Virus record (IMG/VR): IMGVR_UViG_3300009684_000002
Span: 1-51,547 of that record
From: a virus
Taxonomy: Duplodnaviria; Caudoviricetes
Strand: one strand, 5' to 3'
Length of the DNA: 51,547 nucleotides
A program made the translations under genes and the position numbers. The notes beneath the pieces were generated by a model. That model saw nothing but the letters and a program-made list of their open reading frames with translations. It was not told where the DNA came from and ran no database searches. How positions within the stretch are numbered: position 1 is the stretch's first letter; every line of letters starts with the position of its first letter. This document shows positions 10,390-18,897 of this stretch, piece by piece.

Positions 10390-10562
10390 TTCTTTGCCCA
10401 TTTTAGCCACTCAACGGCATCTATAAAATAATCACACTTATCCTCTCCATCTGGATCGAATTGAGCGTATGATTGCCAATTTTCATTACTTGGTGCTAAG
10501 TGCCTCCAACATTGCATATGTGAAGGGCAATCAGTATTATTGCATTTGGATATATCAGTCAT
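10386..10562 (-). CDS. Small Cys-rich phage protein (missing from ORF track)
   Basis: MTDISKCNNTDCPSHMQCWRHLAP...DKCDYF, 58 aa, coupled to both neighbours. Confidence 0.6.
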   Translation of the reverse strand: MTDISKCNNTDCPSHMQCWRHLAPSNENWQSYAQFDPDGEDKCDYFIDAVEWLKWAKK

Positions 10563-11179
10563 TTGGCTATTATTTTGCTTCCTTTTTTAAGGTTATCTTC
10601 AGCCCATAATGGTTGAAGATTTGTGTAATGGTTTAACTTAATTAATTCTTGTTCAGTTTTAGCAACACACGTTGGAATGATATGATCTATATGCCATGCA
10701 CCTTTATTATTCCACGTCATGCCATCCTTAAATTGTTTTTCAATATAAATTTTAAAATCATCATAGGAGCAGCCCAATATTTCATGAGTCCTAGACTTCT
10801 TTGTATAATTTTTAACTTTAAGTTTAAAAAATATTAAGGCTCTTATTCTTTCTGAAATGATTATTAAAGGGTTTTGCCTTCTTTTTTTTTGATATTTATT
10901 CCTTGTGGAAAGATGTTTATCCCTATTTTCAATTCTCCATTTTAATACAGATGCTTTTACTTTTTCTGGATTATTTCTTCTCCATTTATAACTGCATTCC
11001 TTAACTCTTTTTGTATTTTTTGCATATCTTTCTCGTGAATAAATCCTTCTTTTTTCTTTATATATTTCAAATAAATCACGATTAACCCACCATTCTCCAT
11101 TTTTACAATTCTTATTATATTGCAAAAAGATCATGCCATCTTCTCGTATAAATCCTCTCTTGTATTTATTTTCTTTCAT
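10559..11179 (-). CDS. HNH-type homing endonuclease (paralog 1)
   Basis: ILGCSYDDF...GMTWNN.GAWHIDHIIP...LNHYTNLQPLWAEDNLKK; AT-rich. Confidence 0.85.
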   Translation of the reverse strand: MKENKYKRGFIREDGMIFLQYNKNCKNGEWWVNRDLFEIYKEKRRIYSRERYAKNTKRVKECSYKWRRNNPEKVKASVLKWRIENRDKHLSTRNKYQKKRRQNPLIIISERIRALIFFKLKVKNYTKKSRTHEILGCSYDDFKIYIEKQFKDGMTWNNKGAWHIDHIIPTCVAKTEQELIKLNHYTNLQPLWAEDNLKKGSKIIAK

Positions 11180-11381
11180 TAATTTCTTTTTTCAATGCGC
11201 TTAAATCTTTAATGCTTTTGCGAGTATCAGAAGGGTTTTCCCATTCTAGCATCTTGTCTGCTATTTGTATAGCACGATTTCGCTGGTCATTAGAACGCTG
11301 TAGTTTCTGGTGCATAGTCATTTCTGGCTTGCTATTCTCTACCAAGAATGCCTCAACAAACTCTTTGATTTCTTCATTCAT
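11166..11381 (-). CDS. Hypothetical protein sharing the QRxRAIxIA module with 11960-12289
   Basis: QRNRAIQIA versus QRDRAIKIA. Confidence 0.55.
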   Translation of the reverse strand: MNEEIKEFVEAFLVENSKPEMTMHQKLQRSNDQRNRAIQIADKMLEWENPSDTRKSIKDLSALKKEINERK

Positions 11382-11388
11382 GATTGGG

Positions 11389-11625
11389 TTATATGATACT
11401 GTATGCCGTTCCTCTTACTGGAGGTGGAGTTGGGTATGGTGGGTTCTTCGCCTTGGGTATAGGCGTGATTGCAGGTAGTGGTGATGGGGATTGTGCTGGA
11501 GGAAGTGGCTTGATGGGCTTTCCATTCGGCAATGTTTCCACAATCACTGGCATTTTGGCTGGTCTGGGTGTGGGCTTTGGTGATGCTGAATGAAGCCATA
11601 GCCAGATTATTGATGCAGCAATCAT
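11389..11625 (-). CDS. Pro-rich protein with signal-like N-terminus
   Basis: MIAASIIWLWLHSAS followed by a Pro-rich tail; coupled to the upstream stop. Confidence 0.5.
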   Translation of the reverse strand: MIAASIIWLWLHSASPKPTPRPAKMPVIVETLPNGKPIKPLPPAQSPSPLPAITPIPKAKNPPYPTPPPVRGTAYSII

Positions 11626-11963
11626 TTGATTTCAGATTTGAGTTCCTCTGGCGAGGGGGCGAGTGGGCCAATTTCTTCATAAAGTTCATTCAAAATTCCA
11701 TAAAGGCTTTGGTAATCATCGGGGACATTATCCCATGCATACCCGTAAAGTTTTACAGCGACCTGTCGTAGTTTTATTAGTTCATCATCTTGCTTGTTTA
11801 TGATGTCTTCGTATCGGTCTAGGGACTCCCTGAGCCTTGCGACCTCGTTGGTTTTCTCGTTGAGTTCTCGCTCAAGTTGCTTGCTCACAATTTCTAACTC
11901 CGAGCCATCTACATCAGAGTTCCAAGCAGCATCCGTTCTAGGCGTTAATAATGTGTCACTCAT
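11622..11963 (-). CDS. TPRTDA-family coiled-coil protein
   Basis: TPRTDA...QLERELN...NEVARLRE; paralog of 11960-12289 and 26063-26536. Confidence 0.65.
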   Translation of the reverse strand: MSDTLLTPRTDAAWNSDVDGSELEIVSKQLERELNEKTNEVARLRESLDRYEDIINKQDDELIKLRQVAVKLYGYAWDNVPDDYQSLYGILNELYEEIGPLAPSPEELKSEIK

Positions 11964-12289
11964 TTGATTTCAGATTTGAGTTCGGCGAGTTCTTTTTCTA
12001 TAAGATCCAGAGAAGCATAATCAGGATCATACATCCCAATTTCACCTTGGAAAATTTCTGCAATCTTGATCGCTCGGTCTCGTTGCGACACGGCCTCTGA
12101 TAACAACACAGCGGCCTTTAATGTGAAATCTTGTTGTTCAACAAGTTTCTCCATTGATTTTACTTGGTTTTCAAGAGATGCGTTGAGTTCCCTCTCAAGC
12201 TGTTGGGCAAACTCCTTGTGAACAAAGGGATTTTCTCTCCCTTTCTCCCAAACATAAGTTTCAGCGTCTGTTCTTGGTGTGTCGCTCAT
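11960..12289 (-). CDS. TPRTDA-family coiled-coil protein
   Basis: MSDTPRTDAET...QLERELNASLENQVK...ELKSEIK. Confidence 0.65.
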   Translation of the reverse strand: MSDTPRTDAETYVWEKGRENPFVHKEFAQQLERELNASLENQVKSMEKLVEQQDFTLKAAVLLSEAVSQRDRAIKIAEIFQGEIGMYDPDYASLDLIEKELAELKSEIK

Positions 12290-12483
12290 ATGTTTACTTC
12301 AATAGCGGAATTTACAAGATCATGGATCTTTAGGCTTTTGCCTAGCGAGTTGAGGAGATGGATCTCACTCAATACATTCTCTAGGTATGATAGCTTGCTA
12401 TTTAGTCTGCTTATCTCCTGACAAAGAGACTCCTTCTCTCGGTCAAGACAATTTTGTTCGTCTTCGTTGTATATGTTGGTCAT
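12286..12483 (-). CDS. Hypothetical protein
   Basis: 65 aa, coupled ORF in the operon. Confidence 0.5.
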   Translation of the reverse strand: MTNIYNEDEQNCLDREKESLCQEISRLNSKLSYLENVLSEIHLLNSLGKSLKIHDLVNSAIEVNI

Positions 12484-12944
12484 GGTTTTAGGGTTGCTAG
12501 GTATTTTCTCTGTACTGGTTCAATGTCTTCTTGGAAAGAAGAATCAATGAATTGCGGGGGATAACCCTCCTCAATCTTCCAAGCTCGATACGCATCAGGA
12601 TCTACGCTGGCGGTAGCCCCTTTGAATATCGGCTTCTGGATCTTTTGGGAAAGAACGGAGTAGTCTATTCCCTCGTCCTCCCATCGGCCTTGGTTGAGCC
12701 AAGTGCTAGGGTTGGGAATAAACTTTCCTCCCTCCTTCTGCCAATCAGGAGATGCTATGCTCTTCTTGAGTGCCTCAATGATGATCTCTATTGCCGGGAA
12801 CTTCTTCCGCTTCCAGATGTCGTGACAATAGCCTTTTCCCGTCTTTCTAGGGTAAGCCTTCCAGAATATCTCAAAGTCGCTTTTACGGGCATTCTGGGGC
12901 GAATATGACTGACCACAGCAGGGACAGAGTTCAGAATTGCTCAT
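12480..12944 (-). CDS. Phage replication-initiator-like protein (C-terminal helical domain only)
   Basis: FEIFWKAYPRKTGK...FIPNPSTWLNQGRWEDE motif typical of phage replisome organisers; start revised to MSNSELCPCCGQ. Confidence 0.65.
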   Translation of the reverse strand: MSNSELCPCCGQSYSPQNARKSDFEIFWKAYPRKTGKGYCHDIWKRKKFPAIEIIIEALKKSIASPDWQKEGGKFIPNPSTWLNQGRWEDEGIDYSVLSQKIQKPIFKGATASVDPDAYRAWKIEEGYPPQFIDSSFQEDIEPVQRKYLATLKP

Positions 12945-13519
12945 AGAATTTTGTTTGATTTTCTCCAATTCTCTTGAGACCAAAGTGGCTGCAAATTGGC
13001 ATAATGATTCAGCCTCAATATATCTTGTTCTGTTTTTGCTGAAGCTAAAGGTATTTTATGATCAATATGCCACCCATGAGTTCCATGATTTGACCAATCC
13101 ATTCCTTCTTTAAATTTGTTTTCAATATAACATTTGAAAAAATCAAAGGAGCAACCAAGTGTATGATCTGACTTATATTTTTTTCTAAATCCTTTTTTAT
13201 TTAAACTATTAACCAATAATGAACGAACTCTTTCCGAAACTTTAAAAACAGGATCTATTTTAATTCTTTCTTTTTTTCTAATCCGCTGGGATTGATTTAT
13301 TCTGATTCTATTTTTACTATTCCACTTTTTCTTTGATTCACTAACTTTGTGTAAATTATCTAAACGCCATTTATTTGTATTAGCTGATGCTGATTTTCTG
13401 TATTCAATAAATTTTTCATTCGTAATCCAGTATTCATTATTTCTTAAATAACGCCAAAAAATCATACCGTCTTCTCTTTTAAACCCTTGTTTTAATTTAT
13501 TCATTTCAAAATTGCTCAT
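12941..13519 (-). CDS. HNH-type homing endonuclease (paralog 2)
   Basis: LGCSFDFF...GMDWSNHG..GWHIDHKIP...LNHYANLQPLWSQEN. Confidence 0.85.
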   Translation of the reverse strand: MSNFEMNKLKQGFKREDGMIFWRYLRNNEYWITNEKFIEYRKSASANTNKWRLDNLHKVSESKKKWNSKNRIRINQSQRIRKKERIKIDPVFKVSERVRSLLVNSLNKKGFRKKYKSDHTLGCSFDFFKCYIENKFKEGMDWSNHGTHGWHIDHKIPLASAKTEQDILRLNHYANLQPLWSQENWRKSNKIL

Positions 13520-13847
13520 AGACCCATGTTTTTTTCTTAAGTTGAACTGCTGTGAAGGTAAACCAAGGATGATTTTCAGCAGCGACCTTTAACTTAATCC
13601 TACCCGCTTGATGCCAAAATCCTTTAATTTCTATGAATGAAATAAGCCCATCTTTATCAATCACAAGGAAATCAGGAGTGTAGGTTGTCCTGTCTGCCAG
13701 CCTTAAAGCCATAGCCTCAAACTGCCAGTGGTGGATCTCCCCTGATAGTTTCCTAGCCTCTAGAACCTTGGAGTATGCCTCTTCGGTCTTATTCATCTTG
13801 CCAGCAACTCGCCTGGTTGTATTCCCCTTCGCTTTAAAGTGTCTCAT
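13506..13847 (-). CDS. PD-(D/E)XK endonuclease, DUF1064-like (possible resolvase)
   Basis: MNKTEEAY...YTPDFLV...FIEIKG; start revised to MRHFK. Confidence 0.7.
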   Translation of the reverse strand: MRHFKAKGNTTRRVAGKMNKTEEAYSKVLEARKLSGEIHHWQFEAMALRLADRTTYTPDFLVIDKDGLISFIEIKGFWHQAGRIKLKVAAENHPWFTFTAVQLKKKTWVYEQF

Positions 13848-14175
13848 CGTATGCAGATTTTTTGCACTTGAAAATTCCTTCAAGTCCAGTTTCTTGCTTC
13901 ATAATTAATCTGCTATATGCCGCACGAAAATCATTGGAGAGTTTATACTCCTCCTGTGATTCTGTTGTCATGTAATAATTCCAGCGCAGAACCTCGTAAA
14001 GCATCCCGATACCAACTACGGCATCTGGACGCTTCTCACGGAACTTTCTAGCAAGCTGCACAAGGTTCTTATAAACATGAGGGTTGTTGTGATGGAACCT
14101 CTCAAACCTTGATGCCATATCATCAAAGATTTCCTCCTCAATGGGTGAGAAGTCAAAATCAAATTGATCACTCAT
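13834..14175 (-). CDS. Hypothetical phage protein
   Basis: FHHNNPHVY...YEVLRW...YKLSNDFRAAYSRLIM, a pattern I recall from other phages. Confidence 0.65.
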   Translation of the reverse strand: MSDQFDFDFSPIEEEIFDDMASRFERFHHNNPHVYKNLVQLARKFREKRPDAVVGIGMLYEVLRWNYYMTTESQEEYKLSNDFRAAYSRLIMKQETGLEGIFKCKKSAYDETL

Positions 14176-14372
14176 TTATTTGGAAAGTTGATTTTTGTTT
14201 TGTCTACCATTCCAATGACATCCAAGTTGGAATAAGATCGCTGAACTGATCTCACTCCAGCATCAAAGGCTTCCTTTACCCGATCCTCGACTGAAGGAGG
14301 TTGATTCCCTTCAGCGAGATAACGGATATGCTCTCCATCCCAATATCCTTGCGCTTCTTTTGAGTAGCTCAT
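14172..14372 (-). CDS. Hypothetical protein
   Basis: 66 aa coupled ORF. Confidence 0.5.
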   Translation of the reverse strand: MSYSKEAQGYWDGEHIRYLAEGNQPPSVEDRVKEAFDAGVRSVQRSYSNLDVIGMVDKTKINFPNK

Positions 14373-14590
14373 TTGAGTAATCCTGCTTCATCAACTGCCT
14401 TTTCCATCAGTTGATTAAAAAGCCTATTAAACTTGTTGAAATCGAGTGACCCATTCTCCCTGCGAGACATTGCCCTTGCCTCATATTCAGCGTCATCGAT
14501 TAACTCGTTTCTAGCTTTGACATACTTGCAGCAGTGATATTCCGGGACAATAGAGTAACGCTCGGAACAGTAGCAGTGTCGTTCATTCAT
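14369..14590 (-). CDS. Hypothetical protein
   Basis: 73 aa, Cys/His N-terminus, A/C-rich leader (AACCACGC)2AACCACA. Confidence 0.5.
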   Translation of the reverse strand: MNERHCYCSERYSIVPEYHCCKYVKARNELIDDAEYEARAMSRRENGSLDFNKFNRLFNQLMEKAVDEAGLLK

Positions 14591-14621
14591 TGTGGTTGCG
14601 TGGTTGCGTGGTTAGGTCAGA

Positions 14622-14969
14622 TCAAAAAGGGATTGAATCCTCGTCCTCTTCTTGCTGTTGAACAACAGGCTTTGGACGATTCTGGAACGCTGGTGCTGCC
14701 TTGATCTTCTCAACGAACTTGGAAGGGAAGATTGTATCCTGCTGTTCCTTGATTTTGTAGTTACCAAGGATCTCGGATTTGATCCCGGCATCACGCTGCT
14801 CCTTGGTGAGGGAGTGCTTGACTGAACCATCGTTGTCATACTGATCCTTACCATCTCGGTTAGGCCAGCAGATTAGGTTGAGGTATGAGGCTTTTGTCCC
14901 ATCCTTCTTGGTGACGCTCTTGAGGAGTGACTTGTCTATCTTTGTTACGTCTAATGATATTGTGAACAT
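14622..14969 (-). CDS. Single-stranded DNA-binding-like protein
   Basis: ISLDVTKIDK...KASYLNL...DQYDNDG and an acidic C-terminal tail EEDEDSIPF typical of SSBs; lies next to SSAP/nuclease genes. Confidence 0.65.
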   Translation of the reverse strand: MFTISLDVTKIDKSLLKSVTKKDGTKASYLNLICWPNRDGKDQYDNDGSVKHSLTKEQRDAGIKSEILGNYKIKEQQDTIFPSKFVEKIKAAPAFQNRPKPVVQQQEEDEDSIPF

Positions 14970-14998
14970 AGGGTTATTATTTAGCTTGTTGTTTTGTT

Positions 14999-15253
14999 TT
15001 ATGGTTTGACTGACATCTGTTGATCTTCATTCGGAAAGATAAATCCCTCATTCAGAAGATATTCCATGACTTTTTTGGCTTGATAAATGTTTGATGGTTT
15101 GCTGTCAGTGGGCATTGCTTTGAAATTCCCATCTGATTTTGTAATGATGAGCCAATCACGCCCCCGGTATTTGATGCCAAGAGTGTATTCTTCATCAATT
15201 CCGTTTGATGGAAGGTTCACTGGTTGTGGTTTCGATGAGCCATCCAAGGGCAT
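14999..15253 (-). CDS. Hypothetical protein (start uncertain)
   Basis: C-terminal part of the 136-aa ORF fills the gap between the nuclease and SSB genes. Confidence 0.35.
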   Translation of the reverse strand: MPLDGSSKPQPVNLPSNGIDEEYTLGIKYRGRDWLIITKSDGNFKAMPTDSKPSNIYQAKKVMEYLLNEGFIFPNEDQQMSVKP

Positions 15254-16256
15254 CTTCAAATTGCTGTTTGGCATCCTTACCTTTGATGCCTCTGACCTTT
15301 GCATAGACTTTTTCAAGAGATGCAACTGAAATCTTTGAGCAAGCAAGTATATCACTTTGTTCAACCACGCCAGAAAGTGCAGAAATAACAGCAAGAGCAT
15401 CGTTGACACTCCTTGTTTTACGCCCTTCTGTTAGTGTTCGTCCAGCGAATTGTTGCCCCGCCATCATGCGAGCCTTCATCTCCTTCCTGACTTCCTCGAT
15501 GAAGTCCAAAACAACCTCTGCTTTCTCATCAATAGCTAGGATTTCTTCGTTGGAGAGTTGGGGAACAACGGCCTTTGAGACTACTTCTAACTCCTTATGC
15601 ACCCCACGAACCTCTGGACAAATGCTTTTAGCACGACACCACTTGCAAGCATCTGGACTAGGAGTTCTGACAGCATCATGCTTTTGGGAAGCAGTAACGA
15701 TGCCATAGATTTCCTGCTCTGCCTTGACTAGATCCTCCTCGTCGTATTGGGCAATCGTCTTTGGCCCCGCCATTGGCTGAACGATGGCAACAAGGATTGT
15801 CTTAAGTTGGGGGAATGCCTTCTTGACTAGGACGGCATAAGCTCGGAGTTGGTAGTTTTCAGCGGCTCCTGATTGAGCTACACGACCTGTCTTGTAATCG
15901 GTGACAACTGCTGTGTCATCACCAAAGAAGTCAATGCGGTCAATAGCTCCAGAGAAGAGATCATCATACCAGAATCGCTTCTCAATGACCTCCTTGGTTC
16001 TCTCACCCAGATCCAACTGACCGATCATCTCGCTGAATTGGGAGAGACACCTTGTAGCGATGTCTTGCCCGTCTTCAGTTAGTGACTCAAAGGGTTTAGT
16101 TCTCGCTAGGACGGCATGAATATCCGTTCCTAGTGCCATATACTTGTTCTCTTCTTGTTCTGGTAGCGTGGATTCTAGGTTCCAAGAGCCAGGACAAAGG
16201 GCAAGTCGAGAGAACCCGCTTGCTGATGGTTTTCCGTTGCGCTCGTCAGTTGTCAT
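15195..16256 (-). CDS. PD-(D/E)XK / Cas4-like exonuclease (DUF2800-like)
   Basis: SASGFSRLALCPGS, GAIDRI, VTDYKTG, NYQLRAYA, CKWCRAKSICP; start revised to MTTDER. Confidence 0.8.
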   Translation of the reverse strand: MTTDERNGKPSASGFSRLALCPGSWNLESTLPEQEENKYMALGTDIHAVLARTKPFESLTEDGQDIATRCLSQFSEMIGQLDLGERTKEVIEKRFWYDDLFSGAIDRIDFFGDDTAVVTDYKTGRVAQSGAAENYQLRAYAVLVKKAFPQLKTILVAIVQPMAGPKTIAQYDEEDLVKAEQEIYGIVTASQKHDAVRTPSPDACKWCRAKSICPEVRGVHKELEVVSKAVVPQLSNEEILAIDEKAEVVLDFIEEVRKEMKARMMAGQQFAGRTLTEGRKTRSVNDALAVISALSGVVEQSDILACSKISVASLEKVYAKVRGIKGKDAKQQFEDALGWLIETTTSEPSIKRN

Positions 16257-16444
16257 AGTGATGTGGAGTGTTGAGTGCATGATGCCACACCTTCTCTGTA
16301 GCATTCTTCGCATGGTTCAAATCTGAAATATGTCCCTTTGTCTGTTTTCAGAAACCAAATAGGGAAATCAAATTTTTTGCTTTTTCTCATATACCATTTA
16401 TCCATTGGTGGATCGTTTTCCAAATCGTTGATATTTTCAGTCAT
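16253..16444 (-). CDS. Hypothetical protein
   Basis: 63 aa coupled ORF. Confidence 0.4.
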   Translation of the reverse strand: MTENINDLENDPPMDKWYMRKSKKFDFPIWFLKTDKGTYFRFEPCEECYREGVASCTQHSTSL

Positions 16445-16637
16445 TGGATGTTCCAGTTAAGGCTAGATACATGGCATCAAGGGCAATATCAAAAGCCTCT
16501 TCTGGGCTGATAATTTCTGCCCTTTCTAAAGACTTTAAGGCTTCAGAATCTCGAAAGATATTCCAAAAATCTAGAGCTTTATGGAAGTGCGTAGCCGCAA
16601 GTTCGGCGGCTAGTGCTTTTCTGTTCTTGCGGATCAT
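16437..16637 (-). CDS. Hypothetical protein
   Basis: 66 aa coupled ORF. Confidence 0.45.
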   Translation of the reverse strand: MIRKNRKALAAELAATHFHKALDFWNIFRDSEALKSLERAEIISPEEAFDIALDAMYLALTGTSND

Positions 16638-17440
16638 TAGAGTGCTGGTTTGAATGCTAGAACGTCATCGAACTTCTCAACGAGGCGGGCAATTACCTTG
16701 GGGTTGACTTCCTTTAGGCGAACGCTCCTGTCCTTGATGGCCTTTTTAGCGATAAGGAACTCAATGACATGAGCATCTTCAATCCCGGCATCCCACATCA
16801 AGGATGAGAGAGTGGTCAGCGGGTTTTGTTCTTCTGCTGCCTTCATGCTGGCCTCTACAAGCTCCGCAACTATGGTCTCCTTGGCTTTCTCTGGCTTTAT
16901 AACAGGTTTCTGGACTGATTGCCTTGGCTTTACCTCATGAGCTTCATAATCGGGATCTTTCTGCTCCTCGGTAGGGATCAAGAAGGTTTGGAGTAATGCA
17001 TACTTGTGGGCAATCGCCATTGCTTTGTTTGTTGCCTTGTCCCCACTGTCCATTCCTTCGCCAATTACGGAACACGAAATTGTGCTGCCATCCTCGGCAA
17101 TGAAGTTGTATCTCATGGGGAGTTGGACAAAGCGAAGAACTGTTCCATTCTTGTTGGTGCGCTCTTCTGTTACAGGCGTTCCTGCTTCTGGTAGGCAAAC
17201 CACTCCATGCTTGGCTAGGAGTGAGTGAAGTTCGTTGTAAACGGCATCAATCCCTCGGAAACTGAATCCTTGTGCCTGGTTTCGGCTATCCTTTCCGATA
17301 GCTGTGATGTCCTTCATAATCGCTACCAATTTGGAAGCAATTTGGGATTGTTGACTTTGTGACGTAGTTACTGGTATGTTCATGTAGTTGGGTGCTTGCG
17401 TGGTTGCTGTGCTCCTGGTAGCTCCTAGAGGGTTGTTCAT
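16637..17440 (-). CDS. erf: ERF-family single-strand annealing protein
   Basis: IGKDSRN..QGFSFRGIDAVYN...GEGMDSGDKATNKAMAIAHKYALLQTFLIPT is the ERF signature; the true start may be 17383. Confidence 0.8.
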   Translation of the reverse strand: MNNPLGATRSTATTQAPNYMNIPVTTSQSQQSQIASKLVAIMKDITAIGKDSRNQAQGFSFRGIDAVYNELHSLLAKHGVVCLPEAGTPVTEERTNKNGTVLRFVQLPMRYNFIAEDGSTISCSVIGEGMDSGDKATNKAMAIAHKYALLQTFLIPTEEQKDPDYEAHEVKPRQSVQKPVIKPEKAKETIVAELVEASMKAAEEQNPLTTLSSLMWDAGIEDAHVIEFLIAKKAIKDRSVRLKEVNPKVIARLVEKFDDVLAFKPAL

Positions 17441-17454
17441 GTCCCTCTAGGAGC
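17421..17454. promoter_or_regulatory. Perfect 12-bp inverted repeat at the ERF 5' end
   Basis: GCTCCTAGAGGG-N10-CCCTCTAGGAGC. Confidence 0.55.
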
Positions 17455-17465
17455 ATTAGGGAGTT

Positions 17466-17573
17466 TTACTTCTTCTTGCCCTTCATCATGGGCTTCTTGC
17501 CTTTGAGCATTTTCATCTCTTTGGCTTCTTCTCTCATTGACTCGCCTTTTACGGCCTTCTTTTTAGTTGGCAT
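17466..17573 (-). CDS. Small Lys/Met-rich basic peptide (35 aa)
   Basis: MPTKKKAVKGESMREEAKEMKMLKGKKPMMKGKKK read from the sequence. Confidence 0.5.
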   Translation of the reverse strand: MPTKKKAVKGESMREEAKEMKMLKGKKPMMKGKKK

Positions 17574-17574
17574 C

Positions 17575-17754
17575 TTACTTTTTTCCTTTGGTTGCAGCCT
17601 TGCGGCCTTTTGTTACTGGCGTTGTTTCTTCTGATTTGATCGACTTCCGCTTTGCTGGCTTCAGCTTACGAGTGTTGATCAAAGTCTCATTAGGGAGTGC
17701 CTTGACTTGGAGGGGTTTAAACATCCCTTTCATGCGCTCAAAGAGTTCTTTCAT
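17575..17754 (-). CDS. Small basic protein (59 aa)
   Basis: MKELFERMKGMFK...KGRKAATKGKK read from the sequence. Confidence 0.5.
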   Translation of the reverse strand: MKELFERMKGMFKPLQVKALPNETLINTRKLKPAKRKSIKSEETTPVTKGRKAATKGKK

Positions 17755-17761
17755 CGGTTAG

Positions 17762-17941
17762 TTAAACAGCAGGGGTCTCGGTAACACCCGATACAGGCTG
17801 TTGGTTCTGGCAAGGGGCGGTAGAACACTCCTCCTTGTTGATGAGTGCTTCGATCTCCAAGAGACGTTCCTGACTGATGTGACCGAGCTTGTTTGCTACT
17901 CCCTGTGCGATTTCGTTTAGTTCTGCTAGTGTGTGTGACAT
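17762..17941 (-). CDS. Small hypothetical protein (59 aa)
   Basis: MSHTLAELNEIAQGVANKLGH...; A/C-rich leader AACAAAAACAACAACC. Confidence 0.5.
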   Translation of the reverse strand: MSHTLAELNEIAQGVANKLGHISQERLLEIEALINKEECSTAPCQNQQPVSGVTETPAV

Positions 17942-18002
17942 GGTTGTTGTTTTTGTTGGGTTCTCGTTCAGCGTTATTGCTGATTGAAAAGTGTGTTTTC
18001 AT

Positions 18003-18266
18003 TTAGTGACATTTCCAAGCTCTTAAACTTTTGTTTATGCGAGAGTCTGGATCTTTAGCGGTCTTGGAACTTGTGAGCTTTGCCTTCATCCCTTTCATTC
18101 TAGCGCAGAATGATGCCTTGCGACCTGATTCTGCCTTGGTCTTTGGATTAGGTGCTGGTGCTTTAAGATGTCCCCCGTGAGCCTTGTTGTAGGAAGCACG
18201 ACCAGCAGCGTTCAATCCCCCTTTGGGATTCTGTCCAGCTTTAGTCTGCCATTTCTCTGATGCCAT
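18003..18266 (-). CDS. DUF6321-like basic phage protein
   Basis: WQTKAGQNPKGGLNAAGRASYN...RKASFCARMKG...DPDSRINKSLRAWKC. Confidence 0.75.
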   Translation of the reverse strand: MASEKWQTKAGQNPKGGLNAAGRASYNKAHGGHLKAPAPNPKTKAESGRKASFCARMKGMKAKLTSSKTAKDPDSRINKSLRAWKCH

Positions 18267-18268
18267 AA

Positions 18269-18415
18269 TTATTTCTTCTTTGCGGTTTTCTTGCTGTCTC
18301 GGAAATCCTTTGCGGTTGGTGCGCCCTTGCTTCCTACCTTCCTCATCTTTTCGCCTGATCCCTTGGCGATCCGTTCCTGCTTTTTGTGAATGTTGCTATA
18401 AAGTCCGGGTTTCAT
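18269..18415 (-). CDS. Small basic phage protein (48 aa, missing from ORF track)
   Basis: MKPGLYSNIHKKQERIAKGSGEKMRKVGSKGAPTAKDFRDSKKTAKKK, a pattern I recall next to DUF6321 genes in other phages. Confidence 0.7.
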   Translation of the reverse strand: MKPGLYSNIHKKQERIAKGSGEKMRKVGSKGAPTAKDFRDSKKTAKKK

Positions 18416-18496
18416 TTTGGCATTGTTAATACGGCGAGAACGACAAGTCCAGAGAGAAGAATCAATGTGGCTATTGTTGTAGTAGGGTGGTTCATA

Positions 18497-18706
18497 TTAT
18501 TTTTGATTGAAATACTCCTCAAACACTCCGACCGCAAAGCTGCTCATAGATCGACGCTGTGCTTTAGCGGCATCTGCTACCTTGTTTTTTAGCGGGACGG
18601 GAACGTATAGGCCAAGGAATGCGGAAGTCTTGGTTTCGGTTAAGACGGGAGCAATAGGCTCGGCGGCGGTGGGTTCGGCTTCGATTGTGGTTGGTTCGGT
18701 TGTCAT
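18497..18706 (-). CDS. Ribbon-helix-helix (Arc/CopG-like) DNA-binding protein
   Basis: FLGLYVPVPLKNKVADAAKAQRRSMSSFAVGVFEEY. Confidence 0.7.
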   Translation of the reverse strand: MTTEPTTIEAEPTAAEPIAPVLTETKTSAFLGLYVPVPLKNKVADAAKAQRRSMSSFAVGVFEEYFNQK

Positions 18707-18897
18707 GGTTGTATTAGTTAGAAGTGGTGACTATTGCATTTGTTTTCGTTTCTTGCAAATCTTTTTTTGCAGGAAGTGACGATCTATATTTTGGTAAGTA
18801 AAAATTCCAGTTGTAGTTTCGGAAAAGGTGGAGAAGGAATGGAGTCCAATCAAGGTTTGGTCGGTCTCCGTTGTAGGTTGTGTATTTCATAGGTTTG

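Noticed and set aside
15195-16256. Cas4 as evidence of a CRISPR system
   Set aside because: It sits with ERF and SSB in a recombination module; stand-alone Cas4-like/DUF2800 nucleases are common in phages
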